Shown: positions 10,322 to 23,889 of the stretch, piece by piece
Position numbering within the stretch: the stretch's first letter is position 1
Layout of the letters: every line of letters begins with the position of its first letter
Assembly (NCBI RefSeq): GCF_006345805.1
Contig: NC_042999.1
Coordinates: forward strand, 64,852,001 to 64,916,000
Source of the DNA: Octopus sinensis
Lineage: Eukaryota
Direction of reading: 5' to 3'
DNA length: 64,000 bases
The notes under the pieces: model-generated
The model's input: the letters and a program-made list of their open reading frames with translations, nothing else
The model's database searches: none
What the model was told of the DNA's origin: nothing
Program-made: the position numbers and the translations under genes

Positions 10322-10469
10322 AATTTTTTAGAAATTTCTGCCGACCTTTTTTCGAGTAGCGTGTGTATTGTGAAAAAATTATATGGTTAATGGACAATAT
10401 GTCCAATTTTTCGGCATATTTGGCATTAGAATTGTTTCCTTTGCCCTCATTTATGAATTATATATATAT

Positions 10470-10508
<39 letters not shown>

Positions 10509-10762
10509 TATGTGTGTATGTATGTATATTAGTGATTGTAGATAAATACTACGAGTAAGCATTCCTTTTTATTTACGAAATCTTCTGTTCCCTCCAATAA
10601 TACTTCATTTACTAACGCTAAATTATTCGATTCAACTTCGCTGACTACTTGTACAACACACTTTATATCAAACCTTTTCCTCGTTTTAGAAATTGAGTTT
10701 CAAACCTAGTTCTGTCACTCCGAAACAGTAATTTCTGCACCCCTCTCCTTGAGCTCATTCGA

Positions 10763-10852
10763 TAGGCCATCGATACAAGTATCGCCTTTGATATTATACT
10801 TATGTTGAAGGCCATCGATACAAATATCGCCTTTGATCTTATACTTATGCTG
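10763..10852. repeat. Two tandem 45-bp units (4 differences)
   Basis: 10763-10807 vs 10808-10852. Confidence 0.95.
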
Positions 10853-11440
10853 AATGCTGGAACTTTGAAAACTCTAAAGTACGTTCTGTGCGAATAAAAA
10901 TGATATCTGTATTGCATTCTCTATGATACTTATCTAAGACGTATAACAATTGATTTTGTTGAAACGGTTTGTCTTATGGAGGAATGAACATAGCAAAACA
11001 CCTTTTAAATTCATGATCATCAGCTTGACTACAATATATTTCAAGTGGATGTAATGACTAACATACACACGATTTCTTGATATCCATGTTAAGTATTATC
11101 AATGAAAGGGAACATTAAAAACAGGTCGAAACTAAATGTGTTGTGTGTGTGGGGGGGGGAACTATCCAGTTGCCTGAGCTACTAGAAATAGTAGTCTAAT
11201 ATGCCTCAAGTGCACTCTGTCATTTGCAGACTAAAATGCGAAGATGCGGTTTTTATATGTCGTCTTGAAAACAAAGATGAGATAAAACTTTCAAGGCTGA
11301 ACAGGCGTTCAACAACAACAACAATAACAAGGAAGATAACTAAGCATTTCGACTCTTTCTGTCTCTCACTCTCTCTGTCTGTCGTTCTCCTTCTCGTTTT
11401 CTTTCTCTCTCTCTTTCTTTTCCAACGTTTCTTGTTTTTT

Positions 11441-11845
11441 TTATTGCCCACAGGGGGCTAAACATAGAGGGGACAAACAAGGAAAGAAAAACGGATTTAG
11501 TCGTTTACATCGACCCCAGTGTGTTACTGGTACTTAATTTATCGACCCCGAAAGGATGATAGGCAAAGTCGAACTCAGTGGAATTTGAACTCAGAACGTA
11601 GCGGCAGAGGAAATACTTATTTCTTTAGTACCCACAAGGGGCTACACACAGAGGGGACAAGCAAAGACAAACAAACGGATTAAGTCGATTACATCGACCC
11701 CAGTGCGTAGCTGGTACTTAATTTATCGACCCCGAAAGGATGAAAGGCAAAGTCGACCTCGGCAGAATTTGAACTCGGAACGTAACGGCAGACGAAATAC
11801 CGTTAAGCATTTCGCCCGGCGTGCTAACGTTTCTGCCAGCTCGCC
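11441..11845 (-). mobile_element. tRNA-type SINE family B, head-to-tail dimer
   Basis: Reverse complement: GGCGAGCTGGCAGAAACGTTAGC (A box) ..GAGTTCAAATTC (B box).., followed by a second monomer starting at TATTTC..CTGCC. Confidence 0.9.
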
Positions 11846-12301
11846 TCTCCCTCTCTTTCTATCGGACGAAAGCTTGAAGCTTCTATTTTTTTCGTACCTC
11901 GTGGCAAAATTCTATATTACACTTCATGTAAACCGTTTTAATATACTATGTTGCTGAGAAACGCATCTTCATTGGTTGTCTCAGATTACGGATGCATACA
12001 TACATACATACATACATACATACATACATACATACATACATGCATATCTACGTACAGGAACATATATAGTAGTTGTGGTAGTAGTAGGGTCTGCTACTAC
12101 TACACCTATGCATACATATACCGATGTATATGTAACACTATGTACGAATGTATGTGTATGGATAAAGACTTACATATTTACATATGCATTCTTCTATACG
12201 GTTATATGTATACATACATATATACATGTATATATGTATATATATGTGTGTGTGTGAGTGTATATATATTAGAATATATATATATACATATGCATACACA
12301 G

Positions 12302-12352
<51 letters not shown>

Positions 12353-12879
12353 ATGTGTGTGTGTATCTATGTATATATATATATGACTACATATATGTAG
12401 GTGTATGTATAAAAAAGACACATAAAACTCTTGAATTGCCAACCTTTGTTGTCCAAACAATCGATAGATATTCAGTTGAAAAAATTTAAGCGAAGGCAAA
12501 TAAAACTAAGCGCGTGAGTTGGAAGAAAAAAGGAAGAGACAGAGAGTGTGTGAGATAGATAAATAGAGATAGATTGACAGAGAGATGGATAGATAGAAAG
12601 TGAGAGAGATAAAGGGAGAGATATAGAGATACAGATAAATGTATATATATATATATATAAATATATATGGAGAGAGAGAGAGAGTAGATAGAAAATGATG
12701 TGAAGGACAATATAAGTTTGAAAGAATTTGACTGAAGGGAGAAAAGACTGGTGTTAAGTTTAAATTAGAGGCAGAGAGAGAGAGAAAGGGGGAGAAATTA
12801 AGAAGGAAGAAATGAGAGTAAGAAGCAACAGTAATAACAGATTCATAGAACTAGGTATGTGCGTATGTGGGTGTCTGTA

Positions 12880-13706
<827 letters not shown>

Positions 13707-14042
13707 GTTTATGAATATATACTGAGAGAAAATGAGAGGGAGAGAGAGAGAGAGACTGGGGGAGAGCGTAGGAGACCAAGTTTGAAGTAAAATGTCTGAA
13801 AATTGAAAACCTAATATCGTTTAAATAACAGGATATTATCTGGGAATTTGGCATGAGATGTAATAGAGAAACATAATACAACATATAAAATATATATATA
13901 TATATATAAACCACAAATCAACCGAAAACCACATAGTACTGGAACATACACCAACAACATTAACGACTGAAGGTTGCTAATACATCGTACAGTCTGTACT
14001 AAGTGATTTCCAAGTGAATTGACCAACAGTTGTATCTCCGGA

Positions 14043-14056
14043 GTTGTTATGGCAAC
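14043..14056. promoter_or_regulatory. Candidate RFX X-box
   Basis: GTTGTTATGGCAAC fits GTHNYY-AT-RRNAAC exactly and lies in unique sequence. Confidence 0.3.
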
Positions 14057-14523
14057 GTTAATTTAATTCAGACTATTTCACTCTACAACTTTACTTTCAT
14101 GGTTTTTGTGTCTTTTCTAGTTTTGCTAATTTTGTTTTGTTTATGTTGATGATATTTAGAATTCTATTATATATATATATTTTTTTTTAAATATTGATTT
14201 TTTTTTAGCGCAATCATAATGATATTAAACGAAAAGGGCGATAAGAAGAGAAGTTAAAGTCACAGGGACATACAGACACACATGGATAAAAACCTATACG
14301 AAATAGAAAGAGGAGGGAGAGAGGGAAAGATTAATGAGAGGTAGGTGGCATAGGTAAGATAGGAGGGGAGAGGGGTGAGGGATGGAGAGGAATGGGGGGG
14401 ATAGATATGTGGGAGGCAAGTAATATAGAAAAGGGGTTGAGAGAACGAGAGCGAGAATAAGAGAGAGGAAATGAAAACGAGAGAATAAAAGTGAGAGAAT
14501 GAGAGAATGAAACATAGAGAGTG

Positions 14524-14554
<31 letters not shown>

Positions 14555-14724
14555 AAGTGAGAGGTGGTGTGAGAAGTAGATAGAACGAGGAAAAGTGAAT
14601 ATCAATTAGATATCTAAAACCAATATGAATGAAATTAAAAAGAAAAAGGAAGAAAACATAAGATCAGACAATTTTACAAGTACAACAACCACCTTCTCCA
14701 TCTCCTCCTGACCATAATAATCAC

Positions 14725-14726
14725 AA

Positions 14727-14759
<33 letters not shown>

Positions 14760-14862
14760 AATCATCACCACCACCACCACCACTACCACCACCACCACCA
14801 TCATGATCATCATCAACATCATCATCATCTTCATCATCATCATCATCACCATCATCATCATA
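14725..14862. repeat. (CAT)n/(CAC)n compound triplet repeat
   Basis: Direct reading. Confidence 0.95.
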
Positions 14863-15226
14863 CATTTCAGTAGAAATAATAACGATTATTTTTCTATAAT
14901 TCTCACAAGCCCCTAATCTTATAGTACAAGACGTTTCATACAGCAGGTATATATAAAACACATAGTGATGCGCTAAAAGGGTAAACGGGGTGGGGTGTTA
15001 GATTAATGATGTTGTACATGAAAACAAAACGAAGAAAAACGGAAAGGGGATATATTTAGTAGACAAATAAAGATACATCTGTCCACATATACCTAGGAGT
15101 AACAAGATTCCGTCTAGGAAACCTCGTGGTAGCAAACGAATCGTTCTTTTATGGTTGTAGCTAATTTGTAACCAAATTCAGATTTGAATATGTTCGAAGT
15201 TGTTCGAAGTACAAAACCTTCCCCGT

Positions 15227-15250
15227 ACGTGACGAAGTGCCGCGGGAAAA
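15227..15250. promoter_or_regulatory. Small CpG-rich patch with E2F-like GCGGGAAA and CRE/E-box-like ACGTGACG motifs
   Basis: GCGGGAAA at 15242-15249; ACGTGACG at 15227-15234. Motif match only. Confidence 0.2.
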
Positions 15251-15354
15251 TTTGATAAACTGTTGAAATGGCCTTCACGAGCTATTTATGCGTGTTAATG
15301 TGTTACATCAGGTTTGTACACATTGAACAGACCAAGGATCAACCTATTCAAAGG

Positions 15355-16242
15355 CTTGGCTGTGCAGCAAGAAGACTGCTGCCCAACCACAAGGTTCTGG
15401 GTTCAGTCCCAATAAATGGCACTTCGGTAAGTGTCTTCTACTATAGCCTAGGGCCGACTGAAATAAGCCAATCGTATGTGTGCATGTATGTATGGATGTA
15501 TGTATGTATGTATGTATGTATGTATGTATGTATTATGTATGTATGTATGCATGTATGTATATACGTATGTATGTATGTATATATGCATGCATGCATGTTT
15601 GTATGTATGCATGTATGTATGCATATAGTATGTATGTATGTATGTATGTATGCACTCATGCATGTATGTATATGCATGCATGTATGTATGTATGTATGAA
15701 TGCATACATGCATGTATGTATAAATGCATGCATGTATGTATGCATGTATGTATATATGCATGCATGTATGAATTATGTATGAATGTATGAATGTATGTAT
15801 GAATGTATGCATGTATGTATGCATGTATGTATGCATATATGTATGTATGTATATATGCATGCATGCATGTATGAATGTATGTATGAATGTATGCATGTAT
15901 GCATGTATGCATGTATGTATATATTTATCTATCTGACAGTCACCTACATCTCTGTTTGTCTGCCTGCCTCTCCCACCTTCTCTCTATCTATCTTTCTATC
16001 TATTTGTGTGTGTGTATGTATGTGTGTGTGCGTGTGTCTTCGTGTCTATGTTTATGTCCTTCTCACCGCTTGACAATCGGTGTTTGTTTACCGCTCCGTA
16101 ACTTAATGGTTCTGCAAAAGAGACCATATAGAACAAGTACCAGGCTTTAAAGAAACAGTATTGGATTTGATTGATTCGACTAAAAATACTTGAAGGCGGT
16201 GCCCCAGCATAGCCGCAGTCCGATGAGAGATACAAATAAAAG
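15355..16242 (+). mobile_element. SINE family A with a central microsatellite expanded to ~590 bp
   Basis: 5' half ~15355-15470, then (TATG/CATG)n and (TG)n, then 3' half ~16060-16242 (CGCTTGACAATCGG..GAAGGCGGTGCCCCAGCAT). Confidence 0.75.
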
Positions 16243-16479
16243 ATCCTATTTTATTCGATTCCATCCCCATCCATCCTACTCTTGTGTGTGTCGGCATCTT
16301 AATTAAAAAACATCGCTGTTTATTTGAAGGAGACATAACAGCTCTTTCTAAATGTTCGGGTTACGTATTATCAGGCTCTAGTGTGGACGCGTTGTTGTTG
16401 CTACTGCTGTTGCTTTTGGAAGATTTACTGTTTTCTGCTTCAGGCGCAAGATTAACCGACCAGGAATTAGTCAACAAAA

Positions 16480-16483
<4 letters not shown>

Positions 16484-16512
<29 letters not shown>

Positions 16513-17049
16513 TGTATGTATGTATGTATGTATGTATGTATGTATGTATGTATGTATGTATGTATGTATGTATGCATACATGTATTATGTATGTATGTAC
16601 GCATGTATGTATGTAATAAGATCAGGAATATTTAGAATGGTTCTATTGAGGAAATCAATTTTAACTTTAAGATTAATATTTTTCCGAGTCAACTTATAAA
16701 AACTCAAAAATATATTGTTAAAATTGCGTGCATGAATATTACATTCTGAATGATTTCTTATTCACTTTCTTCGGACTGAATTTGTACAATAATACATACA
16801 TACATACATACATACGTACATACATACATACATACATACGTACACACACACACATACATACATACATACATACATACATACATACATACATACATACATA
16901 CATACGTATATACATACATACGTATATATGTACACACATACATGCAAATATACAAACCTCTGTATGTATGTATGTATGTATATATATACATATATATATA
17001 TATATGTATGTATATATATATATATGTATATGTATATGTATATATATAT

Positions 17050-17107
<58 letters not shown>

Positions 17108-17187
17108 GTTTGATAAGTGCCAATGCACGAAACTCTCCGTTGGTTCAGATAAATATCAATACAAATACACACACACACACACACACA

Positions 17188-17262
<75 letters not shown>

Positions 17263-17611
17263 TATACACATATACACACATACACATATATACGATGAGA
17301 TTCCACACAGTTTCCGTCGTCTAAATTCGATCACAATTCATGGGTAGATCCGGATACATTGCAGAAGTCACGCTGTGAGAATGCAATCGAAATCACAGGG
17401 TTCCAAAGCAGCTCACCCCAACCTCGCAGCCATACTTATAAATATAGTCTTTTATGTGTGCATCCTTGTGTGCTTATGTTTGGGTGTGGCATGCCGAAGT
17501 GTTTGCATGGGCTGTCATTATCATATTGCTACCTAGTCACTAGGTGTTGAAGTCTGTCACATTGTGTTAGCAAATAGACTTTACTATGTGGTGTGTGTGT
17601 ATGTATGTACG

Positions 17612-17659
<48 letters not shown>

Positions 17660-17857
17660 TGTGTGTGTGTATATATATATATGTATATATATATATTATG
17701 TATATATATATATTATATATATGTATATATATATATATATGTATATATATGTATATATACATATGTATATATATGTATATGTATATATATGTATATATAT
17801 ATATGTATATATATATACTATATATATACGTATATATACACGCTTTTTATATGTATG

Positions 17858-17888
<31 letters not shown>

Positions 17889-18000
17889 TTATACATATAT
17901 ATATACGTATATATATACGCTTTTTATATGTATGTATATATATATATATGTATATATTTATGTACATATTTATACATATATATATACGTATATATATATG

Positions 18001-18038
<38 letters not shown>

Positions 18039-18108
18039 TATATACGTATATATAATATATATATATAATATATATATATATATACGTATATATATATATA
18101 CGTATATA

Positions 18109-18183
<75 letters not shown>

Positions 18184-18228
18184 CTATATATATATACATG
18201 TATATATATATATATATACGTATATATA
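16484..18228. repeat. Cluster of (TATG)n, (CATA)n, (CA)n and (TA)n fields with short unique spacers
   Basis: Direct reading. Confidence 0.95.
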
Positions 18229-20042
18229 GGTAGTCGATATTGTTGCTGAAAAGTAGTTAGAGACAGCATCAAATGTAAATTGTGCCTCAGCACTAGTGTT
18301 GCACATTTTCTTCTGACGCCCCTTAAAATCTTCCTTAACCTCAATGCTAACATCAGATAATATCTAATTTGGATTTAGTAAATTTATTAATGTGTTTGCG
18401 ATTTGCCAAATTCTGTTTCATGTCTGAAAGTTTACAGATATAAAAAACAAACCAAAACAACAACAATAAAAAAAAAAAAGAATTAAAATTTTATATTTTC
18501 TTTTTATATAAAATTCCATGTTTCGAACGAAAACCTGATGCACTTCTAACATTTTTGAGTGCTTTATATTTGCTTCTTTTGTATGTTGTTAAATCTATTA
18601 AAAATTCTCTGTTGTTCGAAATAGATCGAAAGAATATTGGAATTAAATTTAAATATTTTGTGGCGTGTTCTCTTCCTGAAATAACACCTTTCAAGTTAGA
18701 ATTTTTATTGTATCAAAAATGCAATACAATACTTATTCTTAAACGCTTTTAGCAGAAGCGTCACTAAAAAGGTTATTTTCAAGAAAGAAAAGATAAAATT
18801 CAAAATGAATTATAGTTCAAGCGACAATATAATAATAATAACAACAATAATAATAATTACAATAATAATAATATTAACAAAAACATCAATAATAATAATA
18901 ATAATAATGATAATAATAACCATAGCGACGCGACAACAGCAGCAGCAACAACGATAACAGCGACAACAATAAATGCTGTAAAAATAATTAATTTATTTTA
19001 GAATGGCTTAAAATTTGCAATATTAGATTCATACGGTATTTTTGGAATTTGATAGAAAATTTGCGCTGTTGACTTTTAGTGAGAAGGAAAATCGTACTAA
19101 AAATATATTTCCTCGTAACCCTCTCCATTTTCTGAGGGGAAAAAGCCAAAGAAAAAAAACAAAAAAAAAAAACAAACAAAAAAGAAAGAAACAAAAAGCA
19201 AGATGAAAATATAAGAAAATCAAAAATCAAACGATCAAGACGTCACTGATTGCTCAATTGTTCTGAAAACGAAGCGAATAACAACAACAACAAAAATAAT
19301 AAGAATAGCGAAAGAAATCCTGGGAACTGAAGATAAAAATAAATTAAATATGATAAATCTATAAGATTTTTGAAAGATTTCTCGAGTGCCATTACTTGTT
19401 TTATTCTTAGAAGTAAATATTTCTCTGCATTGGCTCAATTGATTTAATTCAAGCTTTGGATGTGAGTTAAGGAAGAGTGAAGTAGTTGGAAGGAAATAAC
19501 AAATACAAGTCCAGTCATTCTCCATTCCAAATCATTATTGCTATAAAAGCATTCGTGTTCTCTTCGTACGTCTAACTATATAATTAGAGAGGGCCAAATA
19601 CGTCGAGGTATTTAGTTCGTTGTGCTATAGTGATTTCTTAAAAGAGAAATGGAATGCAAAAATATACACCAGACAATATGTTTCGTTCAATTTAGAAACA
19701 TGAGACGGCAATAAATCCAGAAGAAACTACCAAGATTTTAATGTATAAATGATGTTAGCTATTACCGAAACCAATTTGAGAGAGAAAATAGATATGCACC
19801 CGTGAATATGATTTGAAGCACGTATATAAAGTAAAGTAGACAACTAATAAATATTCATTTCTGAGATAAATGTAAGGCCTCACATTCGTCGGAGAAGGGC
19901 GTAACCTCAACACTGACACCCACGCATTTACTACTTCTGTAGTAAATACGACCGCAGAATCATAAAATTTCGGAGCTTGGGTAAATTGAATTTAGAACGT
20001 GAAGGGCAAAAAACAATGCCTCTGTGTGTGTGTATGTAAGTA

Positions 20043-20137
<95 letters not shown>

Positions 20138-20300
20138 CATATATATATATATATACATACACACACATATATGTATATATATATATGTGCATGTATGTAG
20201 AGTTTTTTTGAAGTGAAGTACAGATATATTGTATATCGAAAATAATAAGGTAGTCAGAATGTTGGATGATTATAATATATATTCTTATTTGCATTTTCAG

Positions 20301-20343
20301 CGCTTTCTTCCGTTATCGGATTTATCAAAAAAAGTAGTTTATA
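20301..20343 (+). CDS. Candidate 43-nt exon
   Basis: Acceptor TTCTTATTTGCATTTTCAG and donor GTAAGT. Open frames LSSVIGFIKKSSL or RFLPLSDLSKKVVY. Confidence 0.3.
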
Positions 20344-20402
20344 GTAAGTGTGCTTGGCCTTTTCAAATAGAATTGAAAGTGATGATGTTTTATATATATA
20401 TA

Positions 20403-20475
<73 letters not shown>

Positions 20476-20811
20476 GAGAGAGGGAGAGGGTCAGGGAGGA
20501 AGTGGAAAAGACAGGAACAAATTAGAAAGGAAAGTGCAGGAATGAGAGAAGGGAGAGTGGGAGATAGTGAAGACAGAGAAAAGAAAGTAGGAGTGTCTTG
20601 GTGGTGGTGGTGTGTGTGTATGCGTGCGTACAGATGCACGCGCACACACACACAAACACATACACACATACATACGTATTTGTTCTTCCATTACAAGCAT
20701 ATTGTGATTCAATGTGATGAACATTTTTTTTTAAGTAACGCAACTACGCGTACCACCAGCAACATTATTCATTTCTACTCTAAGCACAAGGCCCGAAGTT
20801 TTTGGGGAGGG

Positions 20812-20918
20812 GATAATCGATTAGATTGACCTCAGTACGCAACTAGTACTTAATATATATACCCAGAAAGGATGAAAGGCAAAGTTGACCTCGGTGGAAT
20901 CTGAACTCAGAATGTAAA
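20812..20918 (-). mobile_element. SINE family B fragment
   Basis: GAAAGGATGAAAGGCAAAGTTGACCTCGGTGGAATCTGAACTCAG. Confidence 0.8.
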
Positions 20919-21433
20919 CAGCCAGCAACATTATTAACGTACGACATTATCTCGAAAATCTGGTTAATTTTGATCTCCTATGGCGTTAATTATTTGGTCA
21001 ATATACTAGTGACGTTTTTGACAATATTTCAACCAGTATTTCCGAGTGGTATCCAACGCCACAACTTTTCATTTGAATATTTCTGTATCGATCATGTGTG
21101 TTTTTTCTTTAAAAATTTGTAATCTTGACATTTAATAATGAAAGTTGTTGAAGAACGGAAATAGTCGATAATGAAACTATTTTGAATCTGGATTATTCTT
21201 TCGATATAGTTCTATAACTAAGGTTGATGACAGCAAATCGATGGGACACGTGTTAACCGATAGTACCGAAATGCTTAATGATTGCTTTTGAATCATAAAA
21301 ATAATGATACTTAGTTCACAAAAATACTCCGATATTATATAAAAAAAGAAACATTGAAAGAACCACACGTAATTATAATTATTCTCAATTTTCAATTATC
21401 ACAATGTTCAATGTAAAACTGCAAGTTCTGGAC

Positions 21434-21465
21434 TACTAACTCACTTTCCCTTGTTTTTCTGTCAG
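21434..21465 (+). other. Strong 3' splice-site signature
   Basis: TACTAAC branch motif, ~20-nt pyrimidine tract, then CAG. No convincing donor nearby. Confidence 0.25.
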
Positions 21466-21894
21466 GGCAGTGTGATAAGATCTCATAATTCCACTCATTT
21501 TCATTTTACTTTTGATATTTTATCTTTTGTTTGATAACCTCCTACTTCGAAATTCTTTCTGAGAACGATGGGCGAAAACACCCAACTTATTACCAGAGTT
21601 TGTTTGTCTGTCTGGCTTTCTATCTCTCTGTCTCTCCCTTCTATGTATCTATTCATCTAACTAATTAACCAAATAATATGTTGGCATAAGCATGAGTGGT
21701 TCAATTTTAGTTATTCTGAGAGCCATGTTATAACTAATAGGGCATATAAACTGAACAGATAATCACAGCTAAGACTTCGGGGGAATCAAAGAAATCGGAA
21801 GATTAGAATACAAATATACCATGCCACAAAACGGGGAAATGTTTAAAACGATTTGACTTGTGAGGAACGAACCTTCAGTTGGTAAGTTAGACAC

Positions 21895-22680
21895 CTTTGC
21901 TGGTTATGCAGATGATACAAGAATCAGAGAATACACAACCCTGGAGATGTTGTACACATGCAACAGTAGTTAAATGCAATGTACTAGTGGGCTGAGGTCA
22001 CTAACATGCAGTTTAAAGGTACAGGTACACAAAGCTGGATGAACTGCTGACAGGATACACCAGCTCAAGGGAGATTGCAATCGTTGAAGGAAAACCAGTG
22101 CGTGACCTGGGCATTGATATGAGTAATGATGCATCTTTCCAGGTGCATATTACTAAGTCGGCAATAAAATGCAGACGGCTGGCAAGATGGATCTTTAGAA
22201 CTTTCAGACCGAGAGAACAGGAAGTCATGATTGTCCTCTAGAGGACATGTGTCTTCAACCGCTTAGACTACTGGTCCCAACTATAGATATTACACAATGT
22301 AAAATTAACGGCGGAACTCAAAGCAATCTAGCCAAACTGCACAAAGAAGATCGCCTCAATGCGATAAACCAGCTCCTTAAAATGGCTGAAGAAGGCTCCT
22401 ACAGGAGAAAGGCGGGAATGATAAGCCATGGTAGACATCAGGAAAATCCTGAAAGTACTTATAAGAAACTTTGGTATTGAAAGTTGCACACACAGAATAA
22501 CGAGGTGCCTCTACATTATGCCAAAGATCCCAACATCGTCATCAAAACAGAGGACTAGATGCAGCAACAATTTGGGTTTGGTTTCAAAGGCGCTCAGCAT
22601 TTTAATACATTCTTTAAAAGCATGAGAGACCTACATGGTGTGGGTTTCAGTGTCTTCAAATCCAAACTGTATTTCAGGCT
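21895..22680 (+). pseudogene. Degraded CR1/L2-group LINE reverse transcriptase 3' portion
   Basis: YADD at 21905-21916, then VRDLGIDMSNDASFQVHI..RRLARWIFRTF..VFNRLDYWSQ and ..FNTF..RDL..FKSKL. Many stops. Confidence 0.85.
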
Positions 22681-22827
22681 GAAACTAGTAAAAGCACAGG
22701 CACATGTCGGTGTGATTGTGTGTATTCATGCATGTGTGTGTGTGTATGTGTGTATGTATATAAGTCTATGTGTATTATACTAATAGCAATTGTTTTCTTT
22801 GAATTATATGTATGTATATATATATGT

Positions 22828-23735
22828 ATGTATATATACATGTAGATGTAGGTACGTACATATATGTATGTATGTATGCATATATTTTGTTTATTACTCT
22901 ATTGTATGACTGAGCGCCCTCGCGTTGATTCGATTCGATTCGATTCGTTTCGTTTCGTTCCTTCTTCTCTAAGCAAGCTTTTATATATAATTATGACGCG
23001 AAACTCTATAACTCTTTCTTCTCTCTTTCTTTCACCCTCTTTGGCTTCCTTCCTCTCTACCTCTCTCTCGCTCCCACTCCTCCTCATCTCTCTCACAGCC
23101 GGGTCGACGAACTTCCTTTCGCTGGCGGCCTCCTTCAAGTAAACATGTTTCTTCCTGCGCTCGTGAATTTTTCCTCGTCTAGGCTTATAGGCCCTCATTG
23201 TTTGTTTTCCTGTCCTGTTTTTATTCCTTCTTGTACTGTATTTTTTTGTAATTGTATTTTTATTTTGTAATTGTTTTTAATTTTTTACGTCCTGTTTTTG
23301 TCATTATTTTTTTTCCTTGTTTTACCCCTCTGCAAAGGAATTTTATTTAATTCTTTCGCTGGAAGGACTAGTTCGACGAGTCCTGTTCTGTCCTCACCTT
23401 CGAAACACGCTGGAGTTGAACTAGGGACAGCTGATGAAGGAGATTTTTCCTTGTGTGTTTGTCTTGTACTCTGTTTTTTCGTTGTTAAAAAAAAGGTCCG
23501 TTCCATGCTTGTTTTTACGTTTTCGTTTCCCATTGAGTTCTACGTCTATTTGTGGTGTCCTGTACTCACGTATATATATTTATATATGCATGTATATATA
23601 CATGCAGATGTAGGTACGTACATATATGTATGTATGCATATATTTTATTTATTACACTATTATATGACTGAGCGCCCTCGCGTCGATTCGATTCGATTCG
23701 TTTCGTTTCGTTTCGTTCCTTCTTCTCTAAGCAAG
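22828..23735. repeat. Pair of ~150-bp direct repeats (22828-22977, 23590-23735) with (CGATT)n(CGTTT)n, flanking ~610 bp
   Basis: Direct alignment shows few substitutions. Confidence 0.9.
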
Positions 23736-23767
<32 letters not shown>

Positions 23768-23788
23768 ATAATATATATATATATATTA

Positions 23789-23858
<70 letters not shown>

Positions 23859-23889
23859 CGTATGCGTGTGTCTTGTGCATATGATGTGT

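Larger units (their letters stand above)
9712..10459 (+). mobile_element. Hammerhead-bearing 1.5-mer element, copy B (duplicate of 8843-9591)
   Basis: Same boundaries, same 76-nt deletion in the first repeat and same diagnostic substitutions as copy A. Predicted cleavage sites 9812 and 10309. Confidence 0.8.

Noticed and set aside
8843-10459. Repeat-spacer appearance suggestive of a CRISPR array
   Set aside because: The repeats are hundreds of bp, the intervening sequences are duplicates rather than unique spacers, there are no cas genes and the context is eukaryotic.
18230-18375. Minus frame [45 protein letters not shown]
   Set aside because: Protein-like, but it runs into (TA)n with no good donor and no recognised homology.
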